The position numbers were made by a program, and so were the translations under genes. This document shows positions 36,442-45,920 of a stretch of 64,000 nucleotides of DNA, piece by piece. The stretch covers positions 640,001 to 704,000 of the forward strand of contig CAWAWS010000039.1 in NCBI GenBank assembly GCA_963785725.1. Direction: 5' to 3'. The stretch's first letter is position 1, and each line of letters opens with the position of its first letter. The notes under the pieces are model-generated. The model was not told the DNA's origin. It was given only the letters and a program-made list of their open reading frames with translations, and did not search any database. This stretch comes from an uncultured delta proteobacterium. Lineage in GTDB: Bacteria > Myxococcota_A > Polyangia > Palsa-1104.

Positions 36442-37176
36442 TTACGGCGGCGGCATCCACGGCGGCAGCGGCTCATCGGGCACGAAGACGCGCGGCAGAT
36501 CGTCGGGCAGCGTCGAGAACGCCGGATCGGCGAGCGCGGCGGCGAGCGCCGCGTCGGCCTGCGCGACAGGATCGGCCGCCCATTCCGCGACCGGCAAGCG
36601 CACCGTGCGCGCCGTCATCGCCGGGACGCCGAGCACGAAGCCCTCGTAAACCGCGTGGCCGAAGACGAGGTGCAGCGCTTGGCCCGGCGCCGGCGTCGTC
36701 AGCGCCAGGACGCCGCCTTCGTCGATCATCGCCAGCCCATCCTGCTCGCGCGTGCGATGCGGCGGCAGCGTGCGCGGCGCGCCGGCGTCGAGCCGCGCCG
36801 TCAACATCGCCGCTTGCCGCCGGTGCAGCGCCACTTTCGCGCGCGGAAAGGTGCCCCACACGAGCGCGTTGAAGAAGTCGTGCCAATGCCGCTCGCGCGA
36901 CGGCACCAGGCCGCGCTCGATGATGCTGACGTCGTAGATCGTCGACTGCGTGCGGCGCCGGCGCTCGCCACCCCGCGGCCGCGGCTTGGCGCTCACGAAC
37001 TCGACGGGCGGCGCCGCGCCCGCCGCGAACACGGCGTTCCACGCGCTCACCGCCGGCCATTCGCCAGCGTCGACGAAGGGGCGCGCCGCGCGAACGAGCG
37101 GCCACATCAGCGGATGACGCGTCGAGAGCTGCGAGTCGAACGGTTCCGCGCGCCGCACGGCGCGAATCGAGGCCAC
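36442..37176 (-). CDS. DUF3025-like protein
   Basis: VPSRERHWHDFFNALVW..FPRAK.ALH, R..L...DEGG, VFGHAVYE. Confidence 0.8.
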   Translation of the reverse strand: MASIRAVRRAEPFDSQLSTRHPLMWPLVRAARPFVDAGEWPAVSAWNAVFAAGAAPPVEFVSAKPRPRGGERRRRTQSTIYDVSIIERGLVPSRERHWHDFFNALVWGTFPRAKVALHRRQAAMLTARLDAGAPRTLPPHRTREQDGLAMIDEGGVLALTTPAPGQALHLVFGHAVYEGFVLGVPAMTARTVRLPVAEWAADPVAQADAALAAALADPAFSTLPDDLPRVFVPDEPLPPWMPPP

Positions 37177-37504
37177 GACGACAATATATTGGCGGGCGCT
37201 ACCGGAGTCTAACGGCGTGTCGCATTCACACGCGCGGCCGCCGAAACAGCGCCGGTGTGGCGGCCGATTGGGACCGGCGCGTCATCCATCCGCACGGCAA
37301 CGGCCGCAGCATCCAGAAGCGATGGGCAAAACGTCGGCATCGTCGAGAAATACCCACCGACTCGACTCCGGGCGGCGTCGCTGTCGTCGTCGTGACGAGC
37401 GCATCAGCGTCTCCCGCTTACTTCGCGCACACGACCCTCCGTCGCACACGCGTAATACGTACGATCGTCATCATTTGGCGTGATACGATTTGTGGGGAGG
37501 CTCC

Positions 37505-40500
37505 ATGCAGCATGACTCACCGCCGCCACCACCGCAGCCCAAAGACGACGGCGGCGGCGCGATCGATCCGGCGGATCTGCCGCCGCTGACGGCGGACACG
37601 ATCGACGTCGGCGGAGCGCGCGCGAGCGGCGCGCGCCCGACGCCGCCGGCCGAGCCGCTGCTCGACGCCGGCACGCAGATCGGCGAGCGCTACACCGTCC
37701 TGTCCGTGCTCGGCAAAGGCGGCATGGGCGTCGTCTACGCCGTCTACGACGCCAAGCTCGATCGCCGCGTCGCCTTGAAGCTCCTGCGCACCGGCCGCCA
37801 CGCCACCGACGGCGGCGACGCCGAGGCCCGCCGCGGCCGCCTCTTGCGCGAGGCGCAGGCGATGGCGCGCCTCAACCACCCCAACGTCGTCAGCGTCTAC
37901 GACGTGGGCGCGCACGCCGACAGCGTCTTCGTGGCCATGGAGCTCGTCGAAGGCGAGACGTTGCGCGCCTGGCTCAAGGCCGAAAAGCGCGGCTGGCCCG
38001 AGATTCTCGCCTGCTTCGTCGCCGCCGGTCGCGGGCTCGCCGCCGCGCACGCCGCCGGCATGATCCACCGCGACTTCAAGGCCGACAACGTGCTCGTCGG
38101 TCGCGACGGCCGCGTGCGCGTCACCGACTTCGGCGTCGTGCGGCTCGACTGCGACGTGGCCCCCGAAAACAGCCCGACCGCCGCGACGCCGGCGGGCCGG
38201 CCGCTCGACGCCGGCGCCTCGTCGTCGGACGCCTGGAAGATCGCGCTCACCGAAGCGGGCACCGCGCCCGGCACGCCGCGCTACATGGCGCCGGAGATCT
38301 TCGACGGCAAAGTGGCCGACGCGCGCAGCGATCTGTTCGCCTTTTGCGTCGTGCTCTACGAAGCGCTGTGCGACGTGCATCCGTTCGAAGGGCAGACGAC
38401 GTTCGGCACCGTCGAAGGCACGCGCCAGCTGCATCCGCCGCGGCCGGGCGGCCACGTGCAAGCGCCGGCCTGGCTCGTGCGCGCCATCGAGCGTGGCTTG
38501 CGGCAGGCGCCCGACGCGCGGCCGCAGTCGATGGAGGCGCTGCTCGCCGAGCTGACGCCGCGCACCGGCCGCGAACGCACGCGTTGGCTCGCCGCCGCCG
38601 CCGCCGTCGTCGTGCTCGGCGGCATCGCCGCCAGCGCCGTCGTCGTCACGCGCAGCCGCGCCAACGAGCGCGCGCAGTTGTGCCAAGGCGGCCCGGCGCG
38701 CGTCGCCGGCGTGTGGGGCGAGGCCGCCAAGCAGCGGCTGCGCGGCGTCTTCATGGCCACCCACAAGCCCTTCGCCGCCGATGTCTGGAAGACCGTCGAG
38801 TCGACGCTCGATCGTTACGGCGATCGCTGGGCCGCCATGCACAAGGACAGCTGCGAGGCCACGCGTCTGCGCGGCGAGCAGACCGACGCCGTCATGACGC
38901 TGCGCATGGCCTGTCTCGATCGCCGGCTCACCAGCTTCGGCGCGCTCGTCGACGTGCTCGACAGCGCCGACGCCGCCATGCTCGAGAAAGCGGCGCCGGC
39001 GGCGGCGGGGCTGAGCTCGCTCGACGCCTGCGCCGACGTGCCCGCGCTCATGTCGGAGGTGCCGGCGCCGCGCGATCCGGCGGTGCGCGCGCAGATCACG
39101 ACGCTGCACGGTCAACTGTCGCGCGCGGCCGCCTATCGACTGGCCGGCCGGCAAGCCGACGGCTACAAGATCGCCGACGCCGCCGTCATCAAAGCGCGCG
39201 CGACCGGCGACAACACGATCTTGGCCGAGTCGCTCGCCGAAGCCGGACAGTCGCAGCTCGGCCTCGATCCGACCAAGGCCATCACGCTCCTGCAAGAGGC
39301 GTTCGGCGCCGCGTTCGCGTCGCACCTCGATGCCATCGCGACGGCGGCGGCGGTGCGTTTGATGACGGCCGACACGCTGACGGCGCGCAAAGACGACGCG
39401 GCCTTGTGGGAACGCTACGCGCAAGCGGGTTTACAGCGTATCGGCGGCGACGACGAGCTGGAGTCGGAGCTGTGGCTGGCGCGCGGTCACGGCTTCGAGG
39501 AGGCTGGTCGCTACGATCAGGTGCTCGACGCGTATGCGCACGCCGAGCGGCTCATCGAGCATAAATATGGCCCCGACGATCTGCGGACCTTGCGCGCGCA
39601 GAACAACGTCATCTTGGCGCTGACGAACAGCCATCGCGTGCTCGAGGCGCGGCCGCTGCGCACGGCGCTGTTGCAGCGGCAGGAGGCGGCGCTGGGCGGG
39701 CATCACCCCGTCGTCGGGCGCACGCTGGGCGAGATCGCCGTCAGCGACGTGCAGCTCGGTCAGCTCGACGAAGCGCACGCCTACTTGGGTCGCGCGATGC
39801 AGATCTTCAAAGAGACGGGCGCCGCCGGCAATACGCGCACGTGGATGGTCGCGCGCTACATGGCGCTGGCACTGGCGGTGACCGAAGGGCGCATGGCCGA
39901 CGCCGTGACCGAGGCGCAGGCGGTGCTCGGCATGCTCGACGGCTGGTCGATGGCCGACAGCGAAGTGGCCTACGAGACGCGCGCCTTCTTGGGTCGCGCG
40001 CAGCTCGGCCTCGGGCAGACGGCGGAGGCGACGCTGATGCTGCGCAATACGCTGGCGCAGCTCGAGAAGAGCCACGGCAAGGACAACGTGATCGCCGGGC
40101 CGATCACGAGCACGCTCGCCGACGCCTGTCTGCGCGCCGGTCGCGGCGACGAGGCGATCGCGCTGTTGCGCCGCGAGGTCGCCATCATGCTGAGCCAGTC
40201 GGGCGAAGGCAGCTTCGACGTGGCCCAAGCGCGCATCGACCTGGCGCGCGCACTGGTCGCGCACGGCGAAGCCGCCGCCGGCCTGGAATTGGCGACGGCG
40301 AACGAGGCGCCGCTGCTGCGCGGCGTCGGCGAGGGCGGCCCCGACGCCATCATGGCGCGGCTGGCCCGCGGCGAGGCGCTGGTCGCGCTCGGCCGGCACG
40401 CCGAGGCCGCGGCGCTGCTCGATCCGGCCGCGGCGACGGCCGCGCGCGAAGGGCTCGACCCGGCGCTGCGCAAGCTCCTCGACGGCGCCGCCGCCAAAGC

Positions 40501-40531
40501 GCACGCCCACGCCGCCGTGACGGCCCGCTGA
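37505..40531 (+). CDS. Hanks-type Ser/Thr kinase with TM and TPR repeats (paralog of 8658-11948)
   Basis: LGKGGMGVVY, HRDFKADN, DFG, GTPRYMAPE, TM, CEATRLRGEQ...LRMACL, TPRs. GGAGG RBS. Confidence 0.95.
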   Translation: MQHDSPPPPPQPKDDGGGAIDPADLPPLTADTIDVGGARASGARPTPPAEPLLDAGTQIGERYTVLSVLGKGGMGVVYAVYDAKLDRRVALKLLRTGRHATDGGDAEARRGRLLREAQAMARLNHPNVVSVYDVGAHADSVFVAMELVEGETLRAWLKAEKRGWPEILACFVAAGRGLAAAHAAGMIHRDFKADNVLVGRDGRVRVTDFGVVRLDCDVAPENSPTAATPAGRPLDAGASSSDAWKIALTEAGTAPGTPRYMAPEIFDGKVADARSDLFAFCVVLYEALCDVHPFEGQTTFGTVEGTRQLHPPRPGGHVQAPAWLVRAIERGLRQAPDARPQSMEALLAELTPRTGRERTRWLAAAAAVVVLGGIAASAVVVTRSRANERAQLCQGGPARVAGVWGEAAKQRLRGVFMATHKPFAADVWKTVESTLDRYGDRWAAMHKDSCEATRLRGEQTDAVMTLRMACLDRRLTSFGALVDVLDSADAAMLEKAAPAAAGLSSLDACADVPALMSEVPAPRDPAVRAQITTLHGQLSRAAAYRLAGRQADGYKIADAAVIKARATGDNTILAESLAEAGQSQLGLDPTKAITLLQEAFGAAFASHLDAIATAAAVRLMTADTLTARKDDAALWERYAQAGLQRIGGDDELESELWLARGHGFEEAGRYDQVLDAYAHAERLIEHKYGPDDLRTLRAQNNVILALTNSHRVLEARPLRTALLQRQEAALGGHHPVVGRTLGEIAVSDVQLGQLDEAHAYLGRAMQIFKETGAAGNTRTWMVARYMALALAVTEGRMADAVTEAQAVLGMLDGWSMADSEVAYETRAFLGRAQLGLGQTAEATLMLRNTLAQLEKSHGKDNVIAGPITSTLADACLRAGRGDEAIALLRREVAIMLSQSGEGSFDVAQARIDLARALVAHGEAAAGLELATANEAPLLRGVGEGGPDAIMARLARGEALVALGRHAEAAALLDPAAATAAREGLDPALRKLLDGAAAKAHAHAAVTAR

Positions 40532-40540
40532 TACTGACCG

Positions 40541-40843
40541 TTAAGCCGTAACCCGGTAAGCGCCGATTGCCGACAATTCCGTAATCACCGGCATTTCGAC
40601 GCAGCGCTGCTTCAATTCGCGCTGGAACGCCTTGAATGCCGGCAATTCGACGAGCGGATTGTCATCCGTCGAATCGACGCTGGCGATATGCACGAATGAG
40701 ACGCCGTCTTCCATTCGATAACTGGCATAACGCAGCCCCTCCGGCGCGCGCGTTTGCAGCTGCGCAAACACCGCTCGCACTAAGGATTCATTGTCATCGG
40801 CCGAATTCGGTTTCGTCTTGTAACGGACCATGATCGTTTTCAT
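40541..40843 (-). CDS. Small hypothetical protein (possible dimeric alpha/beta-barrel)
   Basis: MVRYKTKP...VFAQL...GLRYASYR..DGVSFVH. TAATG overlap with the upstream gene. Confidence 0.7.
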   Translation of the reverse strand: MKTIMVRYKTKPNSADDNESLVRAVFAQLQTRAPEGLRYASYRMEDGVSFVHIASVDSTDDNPLVELPAFKAFQRELKQRCVEMPVITELSAIGAYRVTA

Positions 40844-41316
40844 TAGTTGGCCTCCGCGGCACGTTTCAAGTCGGCCGCATAACGCTCGAAAGAGGGCGCG
40901 AAGTCGGGCAGCGAGCCGGCGATCATCGGCAGCATCAAGCCGGAGAAGACCTCGACCATCGAGAACCGAATCGCGCCATTACCGAGCGGCGACAGCGTAA
41001 ACGTACGCACGCCTTTGAACATCGGCGGCGCGCCGTCTCGCCACACCATGCGCTTACCGGGATCGAGCTCGCTCACCTTCAACTTGAAGACGCGCTTGGG
41101 CGCAATGGGAACGCGCAATTGAATCTTTTGTCCGAGCGCGATCTGGCCGGCGATGCTGGTGACGGTCGAGTTCCAGCGCGGATATTCGGCGCCGTTCGTC
41201 AAGAGCGCCCAAATCTTCTCGGCTTTGGCGTCGATCCGAATCGAGACGCCGCACTGCATGCGAAACGTCTGTCGCTCTTTGATGGCGCGTCCATCGTTCG
41301 ATTCGAGGTCGTTCAT
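40843..41316 (-). CDS. SRPBCC (polyketide cyclase/START-like) protein
   Basis: [45 protein letters not shown] and ATGA overlap with the sigma gene. Confidence 0.85.
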   Translation of the reverse strand: MNDLESNDGRAIKERQTFRMQCGVSIRIDAKAEKIWALLTNGAEYPRWNSTVTSIAGQIALGQKIQLRVPIAPKRVFKLKVSELDPGKRMVWRDGAPPMFKGVRTFTLSPLGNGAIRFSMVEVFSGLMLPMIAGSLPDFAPSFERYAADLKRAAEAN

Positions 41317-42224
41317 TGCGCTTCTCCTGATTGATAGGCCGCGAATGACAGCTCGGCGGCGACATAAGGAATGTAGCGATAGTCGCGAATGAGCGAGACG
41401 TGGTCGCCGTCGAAGTCGACGAGGATGACGTAGGCCGGCTGCGCGCCGTCGCCGCGAAAGACGCCGATGACGTCGCGGCCTTCGGCGCGGCCGAGCACGA
41501 AGCGCAGCCCCTCCTCTTGCGCGTAACGACCGAAGTAGAGGCCGACCGCCTTGCCTTGCCGCGCCGACTTCGAGACCAGATCGAGCCGGCACTCTTCGAG
41601 CAACATCGCCTGCACGCCCGGCCAATCACGCGCGTTGAAGAGGCTCACGTAGCGGGCCAAGAGCGCGCGCTCCTCTGGTGTCGTCTCGGCGCGGTCGCGC
41701 CAGGGCGTCAGCTCGGCCGGCGCGCGCGCCCGCAAGTTGGCGCGACCGCGCACCAGCGCCGCTTTGACGGCCGGAACCGTCGTGCCCGTCGCCGTGGCGA
41801 TGTCGTCGAGCGAGTGGCCGAGCACGTCCTTCAAGATGACGGCGCTGCGCTGACTGACCGGCAGCGCCACGAACGTCGACAGGGCCGCGCGCACGACCTC
41901 GGGATCGCGGGTCGCCTCGACGAGCGCGCTCTCCGGCAGCTCGGCCATCGGCTCGACGAAGCGGCGCTCGTAACGGCGCAGGAAGTCGATGGCCGTATTG
42001 TGCGCGATGCGAAACAGCCACGGCTTCAACGGCGGCAACTCCGGCTGCAGCGACACCGCGTAGAACGCCTTGGCCAGCGCCTCTTGCACGACATCCTCGC
42101 CGTCGATGGCCGAGCCCACGAGGCGGGCGCAATAACGATGCAGCTCGGGCCGCAGCTCGCCGACAAGTGTCAGGAATTGCTCGCGTGCGGCGGCAAGCTC
42201 GGGTGGAACGGGCGGGTTCGACAT
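41313..42224 (-). CDS. ECF sigma factor with C-terminal SnoaL-like extension
   Basis: [49 protein letters not shown], then [10 protein letters not shown] extension. Confidence 0.9.
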   Translation of the reverse strand: MSNPPVPPELAAAREQFLTLVGELRPELHRYCARLVGSAIDGEDVVQEALAKAFYAVSLQPELPPLKPWLFRIAHNTAIDFLRRYERRFVEPMAELPESALVEATRDPEVVRAALSTFVALPVSQRSAVILKDVLGHSLDDIATATGTTVPAVKAALVRGRANLRARAPAELTPWRDRAETTPEERALLARYVSLFNARDWPGVQAMLLEECRLDLVSKSARQGKAVGLYFGRYAQEEGLRFVLGRAEGRDVIGVFRGDGAQPAYVILVDFDGDHVSLIRDYRYIPYVAAELSFAAYQSGEAQ

Positions 42225-42241
42225 GGCGGCTCCATGACAAG

Positions 42242-42267
42242 GACGATCGAAGAGGCCCAAAGGATGC
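42242..42267 (-). promoter_or_regulatory. Putative autoregulatory ECF promoter
   Basis: Minus strand GCATCC-N16-CGTC immediately upstream of the sigma gene RBS. CGTC is a common ECF -10 element. Confidence 0.4.
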
Positions 42268-42350
42268 GCCCGAAATCGCCCGCGCTCGATAACCTGTTCG
42301 ATTTTTCGTCAGCGTGTATTCTGCGCTCGGACAGTCAGGAGTCGAGGCTC

Positions 42351-42740
42351 ATGGCCGGCGCGAGCATGCAGTCGATGTCGCCCTTCTTCATCGTCGGCGA
42401 TGTCGCCCGAACCATCGCCTTCTACGGCGAGAGGCTCGGCTTCGAGACGCGGTTCCAGGAGCCGGCGCACGCTCCTTTTTTCGCCATCTTGGGCCGCGAT
42501 CGGGCGCAGCTGTTCGTCAAGTCCGAGAACGGCGTGTCGCCGCTGCCGAACCACGCGCGTCATCCCTTCATGCGCTGGGACGCGTATGTGCATGCGCCCG
42601 ATCCCGACGCGTTGGCCGCTGAATTTGCCGGTCGTGGCGTGGCCTTCAGCGCGCCGCTCGCGGATACCCACGACGGGCTGCGCGGCTTCGAGCTCGTCGA
42701 TCCCGATGGCTACGTGCTGTTCTTCGGGCGACCGCGATAG
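42351..42740 (+). CDS. VOC/bleomycin-resistance-family protein
   Basis: SPFFIVGDVARTIAFY..RLGF, GLRGFELVDPDGYVLFFG. Confidence 0.85.
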   Translation: MAGASMQSMSPFFIVGDVARTIAFYGERLGFETRFQEPAHAPFFAILGRDRAQLFVKSENGVSPLPNHARHPFMRWDAYVHAPDPDALAAEFAGRGVAFSAPLADTHDGLRGFELVDPDGYVLFFGRPR

Positions 42741-42765
42741 CCGGAGGCGCTGACGCGATCGGGTC

Positions 42766-44817
42766 CTAGCCGATCCGCGCCGCCGCGCGCTCGACGAGCG
42801 CGGCCGATTCCGTCAGCTGCACGACCCAGGCGGCGTCGAGCAGCACGCGGGCAATGGCACGCTCGCGATCGTCGTGGGGCGTGCGCGCGCGCTCGGCGAC
42901 GCGGCGCAGGCGGCGTGCGGCTTCGCCGAGCCCGAGGTCGTCGGCGCGTTTGGCCTGCTGCGCGAAGCGATCCCAGTCGCGAAAGGCCGCGGTTCCGGCG
43001 GCGGCGACCGCTTCCAGCGCGCTCCAGGCGTCGGCGAGCAGCCGGCCAATCGCATCTTCCGCGTCCGCGTGCGCTGCGTCCTCGTCTTCGACATCGAAGT
43101 CGTCGGCCGCGGCGGCGTCGGCCACCGCCGGCGTCGCCGTGGGGCTCACGCCGGCGGCGTCGGCAAAGCCGAGGCTGAGCACGCGCTCGCCGGCGATGAC
43201 GCTGACGGGCGCGATCGCCAGCTCCCCGCGGCGCAGCGTCAAGAGGCCGAAGAGGCGCAGCTCGGGCGTCGGCTGCAGCGTCTCCAGCGTCTGCATCGCC
43301 CGCTGATTCTCCGCCGTGTGCTCGAGCACGAGCGCGATCGTGCGCCCGGCCGCGTCGCCGAGCGTCACCGTCAGCTGCTGCGCCAGCGCGTCGAACTGCG
43401 GCGGCTGCCACGTCGCCGGCTGCACGAGCACGCACGTCGCCGCCTCGTCATGCTCGGCCAAGCCCAGCACGAGCCGGCTGCGCGCGCGGTCGACGAGCGC
43501 GTGCCAGTCGGTCGTCGGCGCCGGCAGCTGCGCCGCGCCCGATGGGCCGCTCGTCAGCATCGTCGTCGACGCGCGGCCCGACAGCCGGCCGTTGCGCGCG
43601 CGCCAAGCGCCGCGCAGGCGCACGCGGCTGACGCTGGCGAGCGCCGGCGACTCGCTGCCGCTCCACGGCCCGGGCGCGGTGAAGCGCGCCTGCGGATCGA
43701 AGTCGGGCGTGGCGATCGGTCGCGCTTCGCTCCACGTGTTCCACGCCGCCGACGCGACGTCCCAGAAGTAGACGGTGAGGCCGCGATAGCCGCTGGCCGT
43801 TCGCCACGCTCGCGCGCCCGCGCCGGCCAGCTCGAGGTCGCGCACGCAATCGTAGCGGCTGCGGTGCACGCCGACGGTGGCCGGCATCGGCGTCGCCAGC
43901 GCCCGCGCCAACGTGTGCGCCGTCGCGCAGCGCGTGAGCAGCGCGGCCTCGCTGGCGCGCGCCGACCGCGCCAACCAGGCGGCGATCTCGTCGGCCAGGC
44001 CGCGCAGCACGCGCTCGAGCCGCGGCAGGTCGACGCCGTGCGCCGACGTCGCCAGCGTGCGCAGCCGCTCGCCCATCGCCGGCGCCAAGCGCGACAGGCC
44101 TTGGGCGACGACGTCTTCGCAGGCGCGCGCCGCCGCCAGCCGCACCTCGTCACGCGTGCGCGGCGCTTCGGCCGACGCCGTCAGCTCGACGTCGAGCGGC
44201 GCCGGCTGGCGAACGCCGTGCGCCACCTGCCACGCCAACACGACGGCGACCCGATGTAAACATGTTGATTCGGCGTGGCAGTTGCAGAGCATGCCGCTCG
44301 GGCCGGCGCCGGGCAGCCAGCGGCACTCGACGTTGAGCTCGGCCAGGCGGGCGACGAACACCGGGCCGTCGCTGCATTCGACCTGCAGGCCGGCGGCGAG
44401 CTCACGACCGGCCCGACGCACGAGCGCGCTGCCGGCCCAGCGGCGAATGGCGTCGTCATCGAGCGCGAGGATCTCGGCGCCGGCCAGCGTCGCCGTCGTC
44501 GTCGCTACTGCGGTCGGCGCTGCTTGGCCGGCGACGAAGAGCCACGCCGTCAAGATGTGCCGGCACATGCCGGTGGCGCGACAGTCGCAGCGCGAATCGG
44601 TCGGCCGCTCGCGCAGCTCGACCACGAGGCTCTCGATCGCGACCTGCAGCCCGCAGGCGACTTCACCGCGCAGCACCGGCTGAGCCGCGGCCAAGTCGGC
44701 GCGCGCGCGGCGCACGAGCCCTTTGTTCGCCAGCGCCGTCAGCGCCGCCTCGTCGAGCAGCCGGGCGACGGCGAAGATGCGCTCGGTCAGCGTCAGGAGA
44801 GCACGCGGCCGACCCAT
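42766..44817 (-). CDS. SWIM zinc-finger protein, YehQ-like
   Basis: L.ALANKGLVRRA, two SWIM motifs (CDC..TGMCRH and CNC...STCLH), W.TASGYRGLTVYF. Confidence 0.85.
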   Translation of the reverse strand: MGRPRALLTLTERIFAVARLLDEAALTALANKGLVRRARADLAAAQPVLRGEVACGLQVAIESLVVELRERPTDSRCDCRATGMCRHILTAWLFVAGQAAPTAVATTTATLAGAEILALDDDAIRRWAGSALVRRAGRELAAGLQVECSDGPVFVARLAELNVECRWLPGAGPSGMLCNCHAESTCLHRVAVVLAWQVAHGVRQPAPLDVELTASAEAPRTRDEVRLAAARACEDVVAQGLSRLAPAMGERLRTLATSAHGVDLPRLERVLRGLADEIAAWLARSARASEAALLTRCATAHTLARALATPMPATVGVHRSRYDCVRDLELAGAGARAWRTASGYRGLTVYFWDVASAAWNTWSEARPIATPDFDPQARFTAPGPWSGSESPALASVSRVRLRGAWRARNGRLSGRASTTMLTSGPSGAAQLPAPTTDWHALVDRARSRLVLGLAEHDEAATCVLVQPATWQPPQFDALAQQLTVTLGDAAGRTIALVLEHTAENQRAMQTLETLQPTPELRLFGLLTLRRGELAIAPVSVIAGERVLSLGFADAAGVSPTATPAVADAAAADDFDVEDEDAAHADAEDAIGRLLADAWSALEAVAAAGTAAFRDWDRFAQQAKRADDLGLGEAARRLRRVAERARTPHDDRERAIARVLLDAAWVVQLTESAALVERAAARIG

Positions 44818-45920
44818 TCGGCCAAGTGCTTCGGCGTCATCGCGCCCACGTCGGCGCCGGCGTCGGCGCAGGCTTGGGCGGTGTGGCGGTCGAACATCGG
44901 CGTCGCGCTGGCGTCGAGCGCGGCCAGGCCGAGCACGCGCACGCCCTCGCCGCGCAGCTTGCGCACGGTGCTGACGAGCGGAATCGGCGAGCCGCCCTCG
45001 CAAAAGTCGGTGACGAGGATGATCAGGGTGCGCGACGGCTGCTCGACGAGGCTGGCGCCGGTCGCCAGCGCGCCGGCAATGTTGGTGCCGCCGCCGAGCT
45101 GCACGCTCATGAGCAGCTCCACCGGGTCGTCGACGTCGTGGCTCAGGTCGACGACCGAGGTGTCGAACGCCAAGACGCTCACTTTGACCAGCGGCAGCGC
45201 CGCGAAGATGCCGGCCATGACGGCGCTGTGGATGACGGAGTCGATCATCGAGCCCGAGCAGTCGACGATGAGGATGATGTGCCACGGCAAGTGACGCTGT
45301 ACGCGCGCGCGAAAATACAGATCGTGCGCCAACAGCTTCTTGCGCGTGCGATCCCATGTCGCCAAGTTGGCGCGCACCGTGCGGCGCAGATCGAGGTTGC
45401 GCGCGCTCTTGAAGCGCGTCCGCCGCTGCCGATCGAGCCGGCCGGACAGGACCGTCTTCAGCTCGGTCTCCAACGTGCGGCGCAGCTCGTCGACGGTCTG
45501 GCGAACGATCTTGCGCGCGACCTCCAAGACCGCGCCCTTCATCATGCCTTTGAAGGTCAACACCGCCTTCAACAGCTCGTAGCTGGGCTCGAGCTTGGCC
45601 AGCGTCTCGGCGTCGGTCACGAGCTCGGTCATGCCGTAGCGCTCGAGGGCGTGGCGCGTGATGACTTCGCAGCTGTCCTCGGGAAACAGCTCGCGCACGT
45701 CACGAATCCAGGCCGGTATCGTCAGGACCGAGCCGCCCGAGCCGCCTTCGCTCGGCGCTTGGCGCACGCCGCGGCGGCCGTATTCGCGGCCGTACAAATA
45801 GTCGAGCGCGCGGTCCATCTTGGCGTAACCCTCGTGTCCGCCGAGCGCGCCCTGCAAGTTGTCCTCGGCGAACTGGCCGAGGACGAGGCGCCAGCGCGCG
45901 AGCGTGAGCGCGTCAGCCAT
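44793..45920 (-). CDS. vWA (CoxE-like) domain protein, YehP-like
   Basis: RWRLVLG, WIRDVRELFP, MIDAS DCSGSM, QLGGGTNI, LVTDFCEG. Alternative start at 45950. Confidence 0.9.
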   Translation of the reverse strand: MADALTLARWRLVLGQFAEDNLQGALGGHEGYAKMDRALDYLYGREYGRRGVRQAPSEGGSGGSVLTIPAWIRDVRELFPEDSCEVITRHALERYGMTELVTDAETLAKLEPSYELLKAVLTFKGMMKGAVLEVARKIVRQTVDELRRTLETELKTVLSGRLDRQRRTRFKSARNLDLRRTVRANLATWDRTRKKLLAHDLYFRARVQRHLPWHIILIVDCSGSMIDSVIHSAVMAGIFAALPLVKVSVLAFDTSVVDLSHDVDDPVELLMSVQLGGGTNIAGALATGASLVEQPSRTLIILVTDFCEGGSPIPLVSTVRKLRGEGVRVLGLAALDASATPMFDRHTAQACADAGADVGAMTPKHLAEWVGRVLS

